From contig CT868665.1 of the NCBI GenBank assembly GCA_000165425.1, positions 186,001 to 250,000 on the forward strand: DNA of 64,000 nucleotides, written 5' to 3'. The translations under genes were made by a program, and so were the position numbers. Below the pieces are notes generated by a model. It was given only the letters and a program-made list of their open reading frames with translations. It was not told the origin of the DNA and ran no database searches. This DNA comes from Paramecium tetraurelia (lineage: Eukaryota). Shown one piece after another: positions 53,246 through 64,000 of this stretch. Each line of letters begins with the position of its first letter. Within the stretch, counting starts at the first letter, position 1.

Positions 53246-54816
53246 TCACAAGGGTACAAAAAAGTATTGAGAGTATGTTTTGACTTATGTTAATCCAATT
53301 CTAACATCTTTGTATAGACGCAGATCACCTAAAAAGGGTTATAAATCTTATAATGCATGATCTCCTTATTCACCATGCCAAGACCTTATTTATATACCAT
53401 TTTGAGGACTAAGGAGAAAATTAAACGGGTCATTATCCACTATAATATACTTATTTGGAGGTCTCCCCAACAATGTTAAATCTTTAATTAATACTTTTTC
53501 ATATTTCATTAGATGATTTCTATTAAGTTGATGTTTGATAATTGAATTTTCGTCAATTATTGGAATAATTCTAAATAAAGACAGGTAAATACTTTTCCAT
53601 TTCTAATTATGGCAGGTGACCAAAAACAACGATTTCGTAATATCGACTGAGTTCTTCAAGAAACTCTTATAGAAATGGTCTCTTCTTTATTTAAGATTTA
53701 TCATCTATGTGGATCAAGGTTTCCTCTAAATCTAGTATTAGTGTGTATTCTTTTTCATTTTTAGGTAGGAAATAAAGATTCTCCTGGATTGACTCTATAA
53801 TTTTTTTCAGTTTGTCTATAAAATCGCTTGTTTTTTATTCAATCTTCATAAATAAGAATTCTCTAATTTATTGCTTTAATTAATAATTAACAATAGTTCT
53901 TCATAAATGAATTACTTAGTACTTAATTAAATCATCAATTGTTTTATCAATGTATTTATTGAGTAAGTCTATCTACTTAGGAATTAACGGATTGGCTTAT
54001 TGAAGTTAATAGAACAAATGCATGTAGGTCTTAAATCCTGGGACATGAATTTACAATTTATGAATGACATTACAGGCATTTTATTAATGTTAATATAAGA
54101 TTAGTTTTTCCAACCTACTCAATTCATCTTTTTTGATCAAATTATATTTGATTAAGAAATACAAGATGATACACAAGAATTCAGTCAATATGAATTGCTT
54201 GTATTATATATCAAATTCCTAGAAAAAAATGAAATAAAATGATTACTGCTACATAGTCAATGGTATTTGAATTTTGGTCATTCAGATATTAATACATAGA
54301 TTTAATGCTTATAAATTAAAGTAATTCTTATAATTTAAAGAATCTTTTTTGTAATTTTTGACAGCTAAAGTATAATCTAATTTTCTATGGGATATTCAAT
54401 TGTTTATCTAAATCGTACTCCAGATCAGTTTTAGTGTTTTTTAATATGATACAATTTTTCTCCTATTTTCGAATCGGACTATTATTAAAAGTAGTAGGTT
54501 CTGTGATTATTTTGTTAAATTATAATGAAATTTTTCTCGGAGTTGGTAAGAAGTAACCTTAAACAATATTATTAAACTGAGTCTCTTCTTAATAGGCGCT
54601 ATGCTTAATAATCTTAGGTGAATAACCAATGTTTTTGATTTATCTGGGAGTATAGAGTTAGGAAATGATGTTCTCGTATCCATCTATTCTAGTTAGATTG
54701 ACTCTTTTTTTGATGGGAGTAAGATTAATTTGAGGATGTTTAAAGATTGTTTACTAATTGTAGTTATCTTCATTTCTAGTGCTTAGACTTCTTTTATAAA
54801 ATTTACTTGGCATCAT
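53246..54816 (-). CDS. FCP1/SCP (NIF, HAD-fold) phosphatase-like protein with DLEET motif
   Basis: EYTLILDLEETLIH, KKRPFLQEFLEELSRYYEIVVF, IKDLTLLGR, IIVDN, PQNGIQIRSWHG..DHAL. Confidence 0.88.
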
Positions 54817-54850
54817 AATAGTTTTATAAGTTAATTAATAAATTAATTTA

Positions 54851-56063
54851 ATGTAACATTTTGTAACAGGAATATTATAATCATTTGGTTTATGTGGACT
54901 AAGGAACAAGTTGGTTCATTTGATAGCTTTCAGGCCTCCAGAAGCTTCATACGAGTTAAGATTGAGGAAATCAAACAATTAAAAGACTCACACGAAATAG
55001 AGATACACATCATCAGATGATAACTAAATTCCCGATTAATCTTAACGAAATGAATTATCGACTCATAGAAAGACTTAATCCCAATATATCTAAAGAAGAA
55101 GGAGATAGATACGAAATACTGAGTAATATTGAATAATATCATAAAAATAAGAGAGTATCCAGAATATGATTTTATCAAACTTTCAGATAAATCAAGAGAT
55201 CAAAATGAAGATTTTGTAGTTACTTCCGATATTTGTAGTGTTACAGCCTATTTTTTAAATTAAAAGAAGGACAAACAAATGGCATGTGTCTACCTAAATA
55301 GAAATAGCGAATAAATCATATTATTCAGTCACGGCAACGCTTGTGATTTGGGTATGATGATTGACAAACTTATAAGTAATCTTATCCATAATAACTATAT
55401 AAGAATTGGTCTAGTAGACAAACACCAGTGTTTTTGCTTATGAGTACAGTGGTTATGGATAAAGTGATGGAGTTAGTAATGATATCAACGTTATTCGTAA
55501 TGTTTATACTGCCTACAATTTTTTGATCCATTAACTAGGTTACAAGGCAACATAAATTATAGTTTATGGATACAGTATAGGATCTGGACCAAGTGTGACC
55601 TTGGCTTCCAATCCTTAATATCCAGTTGGAGGACTTATCATATAAAGTGGGTTTAGTTCTGGCTTAAGGGTTATTTCTAACAAGATTGATGAAACTCCCT
55701 TTTATGATATGTTCCCTAATATTGATAGAATATAGTTAGTTACATGTCCAGTCTTCATTATGCATGGGGCCAATGATAAAATTATATCTGATGAACATGC
55801 AAAACAGTTAGCTAGCAAGACAAATAATTTATATGAACTATGGATTCCTGAAAATGTAGGTCATTGTGGAATAGAAACAGACATCCAGAACCGATAATAA
55901 TATTTTCAGAAGCTCTCTAGATTTATTAAATGTAATAGTTACCATTTATATAGATATACAATTATTAAATGAGAGTATTCCAGATTTGTTAAAGAAAAAC
56001 ACAGCAATTTCTGATGGAAAGACACCATGCAAATCACATTTTTACTAAACTAAAATATTTTGA
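54851..56063 (+). CDS. ABHD17-like alpha/beta hydrolase (depalmitoylase family)
   Basis: IAFRPPEASY, ILFSHGNACDLG, YEYSGYG, YGYSIGSGP (nucleophile), MHGANDKII, GH. Confidence 0.88.
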
Positions 56064-56593
56064 ACTGTTATATATTATAGTTATCATATCAAATCATTTA
56101 TAATTATTAATATAGAAATTTCTTGCATTTAGAATATAAATTACAGGTTAAATTCTAAGATTCAACAGGATTATAAGTGCAGTCAAAATTTATAAATCTT
56201 GGTAATATATTAGTTAATTTGTAAAATACATTAATCAAATGTTTAGGAGTGGAGTATAATAATAATATTATAAAGAAATTATCATGTATGATTTAGTTAA
56301 ATTAAAAAATAAATATAAATGGAATATAATAACAAAATCATATTCTAAATTAATTTTATAAAATTACAAGAATTACTAATGATCTTAATCAGAAATCACT
56401 AATTGGTCATTTATAAGAAATATACCACCAACCAACTATAAATAGAATTGTAATCTTCGCAGTTTAACATTTTATTTATTAAATTAGTTATCAAAATTAA
56501 TTAAACAAAATCAATGAAGACGTATATTATGAAAATATATATTTATTGATTTAGGATTGGCTAAATTTATTTAATAACATTATAATTAATCTT

Positions 56594-58009
56594 TCACTTT
56601 TTCAAACCTGGTGAATTTGAGGTTTAACTAAGAGATTTAGCTATATAATAATTACTTCATTATTTTTGCTTTATTCAATGTTTAAGCCTAATCTTAATCA
56701 CCTTTTTCTGCCTTGTTCTTGTCAGCTAAATATTAATATTAAATATTTTACCCTCGCTCATGGGTCCTAATTGTAGATCTTTCAATCTCTTTTCTATGTT
56801 GACTTCTGCTGCAATTTACTTAACTTGATTCCATATAGGAGAATCTTTTCCTAAACTGATTAACCAATTTTGTTTTTGCTATTATAATAAAATGAATAAG
56901 GTACTAATAAAAAGATCTGTTGTGGTCCCAAAATACTGCCTGGTCTACATATACGGATCCAACCTATAAAATCTGGAGCAGGGAATCTATTGCATAATGG
57001 ATGAAGCATTACCTATAATGTTTGATCACATATGCTGCAATCAATGTTCCTGTTCTACCGAGTCCTGCTTTACAATGGACAGCGACCACATTCTCTTTTT
57101 CAGCAATTTCAAGGAATCTCAATATCTTATCATCTCCTGGGACTGAACCATCTAAGAAGTAGATTTCTTCATGTTTGATGCCATTTTTGATAAATCTTTA
57201 TTCTTCATAAGCCTTCTTATTCAATCTGACAACACAAGTCACTCCAAATTACTTGAAGATGGGCACATATTCTTCTGGAGTGAATGTACGATTCTAATTA
57301 GAGAGAGATTACTTACTCCATCAGCATCTTTTTAGGTTGCAGATGGTCCTGAGAAGGCTATGAATTTGTTTGGAACAATCCAATTTAAATCTCCATTTTC
57401 GACTCTTTCATAAAATTCATAATCTCTAAGATTGAATTTTCTAACATCAAACCATTTCAACTTGATTGCGTATTCTAAGCCTCTCAAACAATGTAAAATC
57501 TAAAAGAATATAGTCAACCAAATATACCGTGCATTTGTAAGTACATTGTCCATAACTTGCATCTCTGAAATCTTGGAATGCAGGCTTCACTGATTGGAAT
57601 GGTTTCCAAGCATCATCTGCACTTATTTTCAAGATGATCACTTGAAATGCTCCCATCAAATAGGCAGCATTGGCTCTTTTGGCACTGTCCAAACTAGTAT
57701 AGTGATAGATGGCATATTGTTAATATGTCTTATCACTAAGCAATTTCTCCAATTCAGTCACAAATCTGTAAGTGTGGCCTAGATTCAATGGACCGAAATC
57801 TGCGAAAAAAGGCTCATACACAAGATCCTGAAAACAAATTAGACTCTATCCCATACCTGATCGATGCAAAAATAGAATGCATTTGGCTGGTTTCTGGGAG
57901 CTTGTCGATCAGAAATCCAATAGAGTTTGTCTCAGAATACAAGAGAGATGTTACCTTTTATAATCTCGACTGATCCTGGAATCGGAGATTGATTTTGATT
58001 AGACTACAT
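56594..58009 (-). CDS. CDC14: Cdc14 dual-specificity phosphatase
   Basis: [82 protein letters not shown]. Confidence 0.96.
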
Positions 58010-58024
58010 AAATATAATATAATT

Positions 58025-58525
58025 TCAATATTTTTATGCTTATTATAATTATAAACTCATCATTTAAATAGACTCCATCCTTATTTAATTAACTATCAAA
58101 TAAACCTCATTATTGATATTCAAACTAAACTCGTCAAACATCAACAAAATAGTGTCAGCTATTCTAAATAATCTTTTGTTTTATAAACCTATGAACTTCT
58201 CGAATAGAAAAATCTTTAGAATGAGCCCAATTATTCCTGTAATGCTTCACTTCGAATAATAGATTCCTCAAAAATTTAGAATTGCTATGTGTTTGCTCTT
58301 TATATCACCATAGAATCGATAAATACCCTAAATGAAGTCATAATTGCTAATATAGAAGCTTATTGCCCCCATTAAATCTTTATTTATTTAAATGATGTTT
58401 TCTGGAGAGACCTCGTCATGTTGAATAGCTTGTTCCAAAAAGGCCTTGAGAACTTCATAGCAATTATCAAGTAGCTAACCCACAATTTGTCTCAAAGAAT
58501 GAGTTTGTAAGACACTTTTCATCAT
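58025..58525 (-). CDS. Standalone Swt1-like HEPN-domain protein (148 aa), putative endoribonuclease
   Basis: Removing introns 58298-58326 and 58164-58188 gives ...FLRNLLFEVKHYRNNWAHSKDFSIREVHRIADTILLMFDEF..., with an R-X4-H motif (RNNWAH) in Swt1-HEPN-like context. Confidence 0.75.
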
Positions 58526-58698
58526 TTTTATTAATTTATTAATAAAGAATTAATAAGTGATTCACAAGGTTATCTTTAAGTTAAATGGCCTTCCTTCTTA
58601 AAAGGTTATCATTCTGACAATTCTAACATCATCACCGTTATGGAAAATGTATAATAATAAATAATATATATATATATCTACTATGCAAATTATATTTA

Positions 58699-59706
58699 TC
58701 ACTTCCGTATAATATGTATTGGAAAATTGAGAGTTATTTTGAACCCATCAAACATTATCACTAGTAAGTTCACTTCGAAATCAACTATAAAATAATCTCT
58801 ATTATATTACCACTGAACTCTTTGAATTAAAAGTTGGAACATGAAAAGAATTTCGGAAAGATCATATTAAATGGGACCTGGATTCCTTTCGTTATGTTTC
58901 CATCCACTATCTATATCAATTGTATTTCTGTAGCTTCTAGTACCTTCCCAGATTTATTTTCGAATTTCTCAACTCGAATCATCTGCAAATCTATTGTTCT
59001 GATTTCTGATTCACATTCCTCAACACAAACAGTTCCATTGAATCCTTCTTAGAATTAACAGGTAGTGGAATCGATTATTCCATTAATCTTGAATTTTGCA
59101 TTCTACTTATTTTGTACACTCGAACTTCCAAGCAGTCTGTCAGGAGTGATCATAAATTATTCTTATTTTAAATGAAGCTCCTTAAAATTAATATGCTCTC
59201 CCCCTTTATCAACCCCTATACATTAGACATAAAATGGCGTAGAATTTCGAACTGCAACACCATTATTCAATATTAATTCCACTTAAATTTCGTAGGCGAT
59301 TGCTACATAAACGCCAACGTAGGTTTCCAATATTCTACTATCTCCATAAGGGGTCAATTAATATTTGAATTAAAAAGTGTTTTTCTCTTGTAAACTAAAT
59401 TTAAATTATAATCGAACATATGTTTTTCTTGTGTGAATTCCCCTTGATTCAAATGAAGCAATTGAGGATTTTAGTTTTGCATAAGCTTTTACAATTCTTT
59501 GTGTGAATCCTTATTCTAACAAGATATTGCACCTTCAGATCTCCATTTCAATGATGAAATCTCCAACCTTTTCTAATTGGGGTCTGAAAAACTAACAGTG
59601 GCTTGCCCAGATATGAAATCCTGATTGTAACATCAAAACTTACATTGGGTTTGTATGTATTATTAGCTTTATCAAATTTTATGACTATGCAGTATTGGGC
59701 TTACAT
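58699..59706 (-). CDS. VPS26C: VPS26C/DSCR3 (Retriever complex arrestin-fold subunit)
   Basis: ETYVGVYVAIAY, IRTIDLQMIRVE, EATEIQLIQIVDG, PFNMIFPKFFSC, DFEVNLLVIM, NFPIHI match the DSCR3 pattern ATEIQNIQIADG...MVFPRLFTC...EFEVN. Confidence 0.88.
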
Positions 59707-60281
59707 AAAATAATTAAATTTAATACAATAAAGTTTTATATAAATCAAAAAAGAGTATTAAAAATTGTATTAGAAACAATATCATATTTTTATACAATAA
59801 CTAATAATTGGATTAGATTTTCTATAAATCAGAACATTACATAAAAGTTCTGAGATGTATTTTGAAGTTCTCCAATTTAATAGAGTATTCATGAAAAATA
59901 ACTCAAATTCTTTATTTAATACTAAATATTAGAAGCCAGTAGATATTAAGCAAATAAACTTCATTTGAATAATTGAGTGATCATGTCGCATATCCAAATA
60001 ATTACAGGTATATAGTAGGAAAAATAAATTTATATTTAAATTAATATGGACATCATTATGCTCTGATAAAAAGAAGGATTACCTTTTTTATTAGTTTATA
60101 CAAAATTAATTAAACTTTAAAAGAGAAATCAAATGATAGATTCACTTATAAGTCTAATGAAAATTGTTTAAAATATTGAAAAAGCAAAAAGACATTTAAT
60201 ACGATCGATAGGATTTGCTGCTTTTTTAAAGAGTAGATATGATTATATAAATGCTTGAATTGATATAAAATTGGATATATA

Positions 60282-61298
60282 TCAATGTTTGGTTTCTTAT
60301 GGTTTTGGTGCGCTACTTCCACCTCCAGTAGTTTATAATCCTACGGCTGTTTTGAAACTGTCATAAATCCACCATTATAAACCTGTGAGTGTACCAATCA
60401 TAATAATTCTGGTGCCTAATCCTCTCCATAATCCTGAGAATCCAATTTCTTTGTAGATCTTGCCTACGTTTTCACCCAAAGATCCTAAGATAATAAGATG
60501 TCCATACCTCCTGTTTAGATTGAGTTCAATTTTGAGACAATAGTGTCAGCAGGGTGTGATACAATAGCGCAGAAAATACCAGCCAAATATCCTGATGCAA
60601 ATGTCACTGACAATTATGTGAATTTAGAGTAAGAGTCCTTTGGTTTAGTGAACACATTTTCATAGAATAATGCAACAATTTATTCAAAAGCAACGAACTT
60701 GACGATTGTGTATGGCACTTGTCTGGCCCAAAGTGGTCCCAAACCTTTGTAGAGTCCATTGATGCCTGAAATTACATATTGACTATAAATACCTTCATTG
60801 CCTTTGACTTAATTGAATGCTTGAACTCCGCTTGTTGTGAATGAACCTGGTTTAGAAGTTTACATTCTGACTTTGATTGCTTCCATTGGGCATAAGAGAG
60901 TGTCGGCAATGACTTCAGCACTTCCTGAAGCAATAGACCAACCGATTCTTCTATATTTATTAGCGTTTTCTTCTCCAACAACCCATTTGTAAACATCCTT
61001 GAAGATTTCATAGAATCCGAATTTGCCTAATCCTTAAAGAGAGTATCCAATCAAAGTTGGTCCCCAAGCCAATGTAAGTCCTCCGAATCCTTCAGTTTTA
61101 CTAATTGTGCTTAATCCATCACCCAAAGATTTGTACAAAGTTGGGAAAACCTACACAAAAATTAACAGGATTATATACTTATCTTCTACACTTGACAACA
61201 TCTAATGGGACAATTGCAGTATGTGTAAGACCACAGGCCAAGGTGCCACCAATCATACATTTAACATAATAACTCAAATCGTGTTTATCTCCACCCAT
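60282..61298 (-). CDS. Mitochondrial phosphate carrier (SLC25A3/PiC/Mir1 family)
   Basis: [103 protein letters not shown]. Confidence 0.96.
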
Positions 61299-61483
61299 TA
61301 AAAATATAAAATATCTTTAATTTAATAAAATAGAGATTCGTTATTCTTAAATATCACAAACACACTTAGTATTGTATATATTTCCTTATTTTCCATTTCA
61401 ATGCAATTAAAATACAATATATAAAATTATTTGTGTAATTTACAATCTTGATTTAATCATAATATTCTCATTTAACATTCTAA

Positions 61484-62907
61484 TCATTTAAAAGTCCATT
61501 GTTTTGTGATCTCAGGTAAAGACTCTCTTTTTATTGTAAAACTTGCAAATGTCTTCGATCTATAGAAATAGTTTCTAGCATCATCATGCTTCTTCTTAGA
61601 AGGTATCATTTGAATAGTGTTAACCAATTAACATCGAATAGGATAGAGTTCTTCTTCAGGTTCTATATAAAATAATTATGCTTTTCAAATACCATATTCT
61701 TAGGTGATTGTGACTTGATTATCTAGAAATTGGGAAGAGGCAATGTGGAGTTCTTATTCTTCCATGATGGTTGAAAGAAAAGCCTTAGGCATGGATTATT
61801 TAGATTCAACTTTAAGGTTTTATCTGATGTTCACAAACCATTAATGAATCAAAGCCATCTCTACTGTCATTTTAGAAGAAAGTAATTGATTTAATAAATC
61901 AAGCTAACTAACACGATACAAAAATCTATATTTAGTTCTTTATGAGTTGGGTTCTGACCATTGATTCATTAAAGATTAAATTAGATTTAGATTAACATCT
62001 TTCACTATTTCCCCCTTCAAAGTATGAAATGTGATTTAATAGATTAGTTTTCCGAGACTACAAATATCCTTCTCTATATTCTTGTTATTATTCTCTTTAT
62101 ATTTTGGAAATAGTAAAGTAATTTGAAGAGTTTATGAATCAATATTGACATAGATATTCGATAGACTGATGTTTCCATGATAGATGCCTTTGGCTTGATA
62201 TTTTTGGATGGTTTGCAGGACCATGTAAATGATGGACACAAACGGCACTTCTTTAAAATCGAATCCATTCAATAAGAGCGATTCCAAAGATTATAATTTC
62301 ATGTTTTCTCCTAGTATATAATATCTTGAAGCATCTTCACAAAGTCTAAAGACATTAGGCATCAATTAGAAAGCATGCATGATGGTTAATTGATTATGAA
62401 ATGTCTGTAGTTCTTGAGGATCCTCAAGCAATTTCTTTTCGAATTTGATTGTTGAGAAATATTGATTATTTTTCTAATTTTATGTATATATTTTAATACT
62501 TTATATGATTAGGAAAGAGGTAGACAATTTTGTTGTTCAATAAATCTGTACCTTCCACTGTAATTTTTGTGAACGCAAAACTTTTTCAGATAGATCTTCA
62601 ATCTGAGACACTGTTGAGAATTTGAAGTGATTAGGAATTCTTTACCAGCAGTACTCTTGATAATAATGATATTAATTCCTTCGCTATATTTAGGCTTGCT
62701 TAATTTCTACTCGAATTAGCATTTGCTCAATTCGATGAACTAATTCTCTATTATCAGAGTGTTGAATGATATCACTATTTCCTTTTGGATAAATTCCTTT
62801 GATTTTTGGACATAGATTATGACTTATTCTTTAAGTAATTCCTTGACACATAATTTCTCAGCCAATGTTCCCTCCAATTTCTAAAATAAACTCTTGGAAT
62901 CGTGCAT
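61484..62907 (-). CDS. Kinase-fold protein, probable pseudokinase
   Basis: Catalytic-loop equivalent GIYHGNISLSNIYV (no catalytic Asp); C-lobe end DLLNQLL...MTVEMALIHQWF; no GxGxxG or DFG seen. Confidence 0.6.
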
Positions 62908-63817
62908 TTTATACTCATCTATCAACTAAGAATAGTGCTATTAAATTTACATAATATTAAATAATTTGATATTTCCATCTTTCAATTTATGCACCAAAAG
63001 AAACGAATATTTTGGTAATTGTATATCATATTGATCGTGGTAATTCTACGTTTTTGAATTCTTACGACCTTTCCTCAGAATTATGCTATAGAAATGGACA
63101 AACAAATTTATTAAGCACTCAATTATATAAGTTAGTATTCATAACTCAAATTACTTATATATTTTTGCAGTAAGCCTTAAAGAAACCTTCTTTTATAATG
63201 AAAAACATTTTTTGTCATAGAATGTTAATTAACAAAACTGCCTACTTTAGTGTCTTGATCTTATACAATGAAGGAACTATGGAAGATTAGAAGAACTAAT
63301 TACTAATTTGAATTAATAAATTATATAGTTATATTTATTATGTAGAATTTAAAAGTTTTATAAAATCGTGATTTATTATTATAATAATACTATTATTAAC
63401 TCTATCTCATACATATCAGTCTTCTTGAAAATTAATAATTGTATCTGATTCCTCATGCTAAATCTTTTAAACATTCAAAGATGATTTATGTTATCTATTT
63501 TTAGAATCACACATATAAAAATTGGGATTTTGCTCTATTTTTATACTAAAGACTATTCTGTTTAACAATCCTAACCGTTCTAAATTAGAATTGCATTCAA
63601 AAACTATCATTTAATGTTAAAGTGTTTCCAATATTCATGGAACTCATATTTTATTAATACATAACTATAATTCAATTATATTTAATCATATAATAACTCT
63701 ATTATATGATTAAATAACTCTATTTAATTTTAAATATATTTTAATCATTCTATTTGATTAGATAGATTCTGTTTAAATGCGTTCTCTAAAATTTATTTTT
63801 ATTAATTATAATCAAAA

Positions 63818-64000
63818 ATGAGCCAAAATCCAGAAAATTTCTTCTAACGCATGTATTCCAAAGCTGGAAAATCAAGTGCTCAAATATTTGCTCATCTGTT
63901 GGGAAAAACAATCAAATCTTATTCAGCATCAAAATCATTAGATTCCTAATTTATAACTAATACACCTAATAAAAGATCTAAAAAGCCGTTAAAATAATAA
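63818..64000 (+). CDS. 5' end of a hypothetical protein, runs off the window
   Basis: MSQNPENFFQRMYSKAGKSSAQIFAHLLGKTIKSY..., open to the window end. Confidence 0.55.

Noticed and set aside
1..64000. tRNA, rRNA, intact transposons or retained IESs
   Set aside because: I saw no cloverleaf or T-arm signature, rRNA-like block, DDE/RT ORF or terminal inverted repeats. TA-bounded IESs cannot be called without the germline sequence.

Overview
Very AT-rich, gene-dense eukaryotic DNA with the hallmarks of a Paramecium macronuclear chromosome. TAA/TAG encode Gln, TGA is the only stop, introns are tiny (about 20-30 nt, GT...AG) and many intergenic gaps are only 15-60 bp. The supplied standard-code ORF track therefore fragments almost every gene, so I re-translated by hand with the ciliate code. 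About 40 protein genes can be read: a CNBD-type K+ channel, a PUF protein with a polyQ tail, a head-to-head MORN pair, a ~2000 aa cysteine-rich membrane protein, a KH/RS protein, an HKD-dead PLD6/Zucchini-like protein, ATP12, a TLDc protein, FANCM/Mph1, a polycystin-like protein, an AGC kinase, WD40, EF-hand, Rpn12, C2H2 fingers, an FCP1-like pseudophosphatase, ABHD17, Cdc14, a standalone Swt1-like HEPN protein, VPS26C, a mitochondrial phosphate carrier and a pseudokinase. There are also several decayed, pseudogene-like blocks, two N gaps and three weak snoRNA-like candidates. Best leads are the standalone RxxxxH HEPN gene (58025-58525) with a structured element just upstream, and the catalytically degenerate Zucchini/PLD6-like gene (18735-19385). 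Coordinates include introns; all calls come from manual motif recognition without database searches.
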